From positions 1 through 22,088 of the forward strand of contig JAYGDX010000174.1 in assembly GCA_046582655.1 (NCBI GenBank): 22,088 bases of DNA, written 5' to 3'. Shown piece by piece: positions 19,141-22,088 of the stretch (position 1 is its first letter; each line of letters begins with the position of its first letter). Below the pieces are notes generated by a model. The model was not told the origin of the DNA. It was given only the letters and a program-made list of their open reading frames with translations, and did not search any database. This stretch comes from Candidatus Poribacteria bacterium. Its GTDB lineage: Bacteria > Poribacteria > WGA-4E > UBA9662. A program made the translations under genes and the position numbers.

Positions 19141-20613
19141 CTACATAGGGCCGATCCGCTGCGGTCCCCGATCCATGGCCAACATCGAAGCATCATAACT
19201 ATGTTTCAGCAAATCTAGCTTTAGGGACTGGTTTTCCGGTTGGTCCCACAGGTTATCGAATTCATGCGGATCTTCCTGTAGATCATATAGTTCTCCGTGT
19301 TGGTGGCCATGATAAACCACCAATTTATGCCGTTGATTTCGGTACATAGTGGAGAAAGTCCCATCCGGTTGATCCAGGGCATCATAGTATTCACAACGGA
19401 CAAATTGCCGTTGAGGATTCGGATCTGCCTGTCCCCTGAGGATTGGCAGCAGTGATCTGCCCTGCATTCGTTCAGGCACCTCCAGTCCAGCTAGTTCCAG
19501 TAGCGTTGGGGCTTTGTCAAGTAATTCTACCAAGGCCTCGCTTTTCAAGCCTTGTTCAAAGTAACCCGGACAGGAAAAAATCAGAGGTACGCGAACCAAT
19601 CCTTCATAGAATCGACAACCTTTCTGAATCAGTCCGTGATCTCCCAACATCTCTCCGTGGTCACTGGTAAAGATAACCACTGTGTGCTGTCTTTGCCCGG
19701 TTTCCTCCAGAACTTCCATAATTCGTCCTAGCTGATCATCGATTAATTTAATCATGGCATAGTAGGCGGCCTGCAAAGTTTTAGCGTCTCGTTTGCCTAA
19801 CGAAGCTCTCTCTGTTCGACTTTCCGGTAGTGGAGATTGAGGCTGGATTGGATTACGAATATCCAGCTCTTCCGGAGATTGACACTTGGATTGGAAGTCA
19901 ACTGCTTCCAGCTTCTTTTGCTGTTGCAAATCGGTCTTCCGAAAAAGTGATCCCGGCATCTTTGCTGGATTAAACATCTCCCTGTATACCTGCGGCGGAT
20001 TGAAAGGTGGATGAGGATCGTAGATATTTACGCTAGCTAACCAAGGGCCATCACATTCCTGCCGGATAAATTCAATCGTCTTTTCCGCACACCAAGTAGT
20101 CTGATGAAGTTCAGCCGGTACCCCTTCAATGTTTCTGGTCAATTCTCCTAAGATGTACCCTTTGGAACGCACCCAGTCTGCATAATCATGTCCTTCCTTC
20201 CAATCATCCCGAGGTGCGTGGCTATATTGCCAGTAGCTGTAGCCGTCGTTGATTCTGGGTTCAATTCGACCGTAGGCGCTAGCCAGATGCAGTTTGCCTA
20301 TTAGCCCACAGTGGTATCCAGCTTCAGACAGGATACGCGTAACCAAAGGAGGTGTTTCTGGGAAAAATGCATTACCGTTACCGTTTACATGTACAGTGCT
20401 AGGATACATACCGGTTAAAAAACTGGTACGACTAGGCGTACAGATTGGACTCTGGCAATAGGCATGGGTAAATGCAACTCCTTGCTGAACTAACCGATCG
20501 ATGTTTGGGGTTGAAACATGGGGGTTGCCGAGAGCTCCAATGGTATCGTAACGTTGCTGATCTGTACAGATCCAGAGGATATTTGGAAAGTCTGTCTGGT
20601 AATTAAAGGCCAT
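19141..20613 (-). CDS. Cys-type (formylglycine-dependent) sulfatase, cytoplasmic
   Basis: Motifs 'PNILWICTDQQR', CxPxR 'CTPSRTSFLTG', 'GKLHL', 'PHPP', 'TSDHG' and 'ELYDLQEDPHE'. No signal peptide. Confidence 0.95.
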   Translation of the reverse strand: MAFNYQTDFPNILWICTDQQRYDTIGALGNPHVSTPNIDRLVQQGVAFTHAYCQSPICTPSRTSFLTGMYPSTVHVNGNGNAFFPETPPLVTRILSEAGYHCGLIGKLHLASAYGRIEPRINDGYSYWQYSHAPRDDWKEGHDYADWVRSKGYILGELTRNIEGVPAELHQTTWCAEKTIEFIRQECDGPWLASVNIYDPHPPFNPPQVYREMFNPAKMPGSLFRKTDLQQQKKLEAVDFQSKCQSPEELDIRNPIQPQSPLPESRTERASLGKRDAKTLQAAYYAMIKLIDDQLGRIMEVLEETGQRQHTVVIFTSDHGEMLGDHGLIQKGCRFYEGLVRVPLIFSCPGYFEQGLKSEALVELLDKAPTLLELAGLEVPERMQGRSLLPILRGQADPNPQRQFVRCEYYDALDQPDGTFSTMYRNQRHKLVVYHGHQHGELYDLQEDPHEFDNLWDQPENQSLKLDLLKHSYDASMLAMDRGPQRIGPM

Positions 20614-20856
20614 AGTTGGGTGCTCCCTCTAGGAAAAGCTGTTAAAGTTTGCTGGAACAGAAAGTCTCCATCATTTAATTCAGATTAGATCATCAAGAAT
20701 TGCATCCGTTTAATGATAGCAGAAAACGGTTACAATTGCTTGTACCGTATAGTCTCAACGAGAATGACGAAGAAACAGATTGTTCTTGTTTGGTCATTGT
20801 TACATCACTATTGGTCTTAATTAAGGCTATTATTTTGCTACAAATCAGTTTCATCA

Positions 20857-21767
20857 ATGTGTATCCGCCTGTTGATTTCCGTCCTTGTGAAAGACCTAAC
20901 TATTCTGTTACTCACTATCACGTTCCTGCTTGGTGACGCTTAGTCACAGATTACTACCGAATCAGGGGCAGTTTTTGGTTTAAATAAAGTCTGGAAAATG
21001 CGTTTAAAATTGGAGCATGGAGAGTGGAAAAAACTCCAACCTAACAGGGCGAGATCTAAATTTGGACTGGGGAAGACCACTAGAAAAATTGTCTTCCCCA
21101 ATTTTAAGGGTAAACCCTTTCGCAGGCACCAATCTTTACATCCTAGCTTAACCAGTTACCAGAGTTTCAATCGTCAATACGGAAAAGCAGACGAGATCTT
21201 CAAAAACAAAATTATCAACGGTGTGGGATTGCGTTTCAAAGGGAACGGCGCGACTTTAGCAGCCATCACGAGTCCCAGCTCATAATTCGAACCAGTTAAG
21301 AAATTCTCATTTAAAATCGATTTCAACAAGTACAATCAAGATCAGGAATTTCGTGGACTGATAAAAATCAACCTCAACAACAACTCGGAGAATCCGTCTG
21401 TTTCCATTAAGAGATCCATTATCCCACACCATTTTCCGTCAAGCCGACATACCTTAGTACACGTACTGCTTTTGCCAAAGTTTATCTGAGAGTAAATGGC
21501 CAAATCGGAAAGATATGCCTTGACCTCTACAATTTGCTGGAGCAGATGGACAAACGATTTCTTGCTGATCGTTTTGGCACCCAAGAAGGAATGCTGTCAA
21601 AACCCAGTATGTTCGGTACCTTCAAATACCTAGGATAAGATTGATAAATCTACAAAGATATAACCCCAAAACTGATTCAACAAAGCAATGGCCAGACGTT
21701 CAAACAGAAGATCGAGAGCTTTTTGGATACCGATGCCTTTCTGAACCGTTACACTTACTTGGGGTAA
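20857..21767 (+). pseudogene. CotH kinase family protein pseudogene, 3'-truncated
   Basis: Signal-like N-terminus (stop at about 20941), then FGLNKVWKMRL...GVGLRFKGNG...*..SFKIDFNKYNQDQEFRGLIKINLNNN...LRDPLSHTIFRQADIP/RTAFAKVYLRVNG...LYNLLEQMDKRFLADRFG...LDTDAFL. Multiple stops and frameshifts. Confidence 0.85.
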
Positions 21768-21823
21768 GCCGAATCCAATCAAACAATCTATCAAAGTAAA
21801 AACCAACTGGCATGAATCCCTAA

Positions 21824-22088
21824 GAGGGTGTCTAAAAACTAAACAGAAATAAGAATATTGGGCTAAAATCATGGTATGGATAAAAAATACCCCAGTGATA
21901 TGAGTGATAAGGAATGGGAGATAATCAAAGACGAATTCCCTCGGCTTAAAAAAACAGGTGGCCCAAGGAGATATGAGATAAGAGAGGTGGTGAATGCGGT
22001 ATTTTACACTTCCAGAGGAGGGTGTTCATGGCCAATGCTTCCCAATGACTTTCCCCCCTGGAAAAGTGTGTATGGGTACTTCAGGGAA
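21824..22088 (+). mobile_element. IS5-family (IS1031-like subgroup) insertion sequence, left end, runs off the window
   Basis: Putative left terminal repeat GAGGGTGTCTAAAAACT at 21824, preceded by TAA (TNA-type target) and followed by a transposase ORF. Confidence 0.75.
21876..22088 (+). CDS. IS5-family transposase N-terminus (DUF4096-like), partial
   Basis: MDKKYPSDMSDKEWEII...GGPRRYEIREVVNAVFY...GCSWPMLPNDFPPWKSVYGYFRE, open to the window end. Absent from the supplied ORF track. Confidence 0.93.
   Translation, partial: MDKKYPSDMSDKEWEIIKDEFPRLKKTGGPRRYEIREVVNAVFYTSRGGCSWPMLPNDFPPWKSVYGYFRE

Noticed and set aside
1..22088. CRISPR array, tRNA/rRNA, prophage or defence system
   Set aside because: No regularly spaced direct repeats, cloverleaf or rRNA signatures, or phage/defence protein motifs were seen by eye.

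Overview
Bacterial accessory/catabolic region, genetic code 11 (several intact genes end in TGA). Intact genes: three PhyH-type Fe(II)/2-oxoglutarate oxygenases, an acetamidase/formamidase, an orphan OSBS/N-acylamino acid racemase, a Gfo/Idh/MocA oxidoreductase with a downstream unknown protein, a Tat-exported NHL-repeat protein, rpoZ, a GH4 glycosidase, a large membrane protein and a Cys-type sulfatase. Interleaved are five broken genes reconstructed by hand: a beta-propeller glycosidase-like gene, a PflX-like radical SAM gene, a flagellin, a UxuA-like gene and a CotH kinase-like gene. The window ends inside an IS5-family element. The gene content resembles Poribacteria/Latescibacterota-type marine heterotrophs (inference only). 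Most notable: (1) the flagellin 3' UTR is complementary to both GGA motifs and the Shine-Dalgarno of its own 5' leader, within intact sigma28, CsrA-like and terminator signals; (2) one PhyH-like oxygenase has a halogenase-type HxG motif; (3) a perfect 28-bp inverted copy of radical SAM coding sequence sits in that gene's own upstream region.
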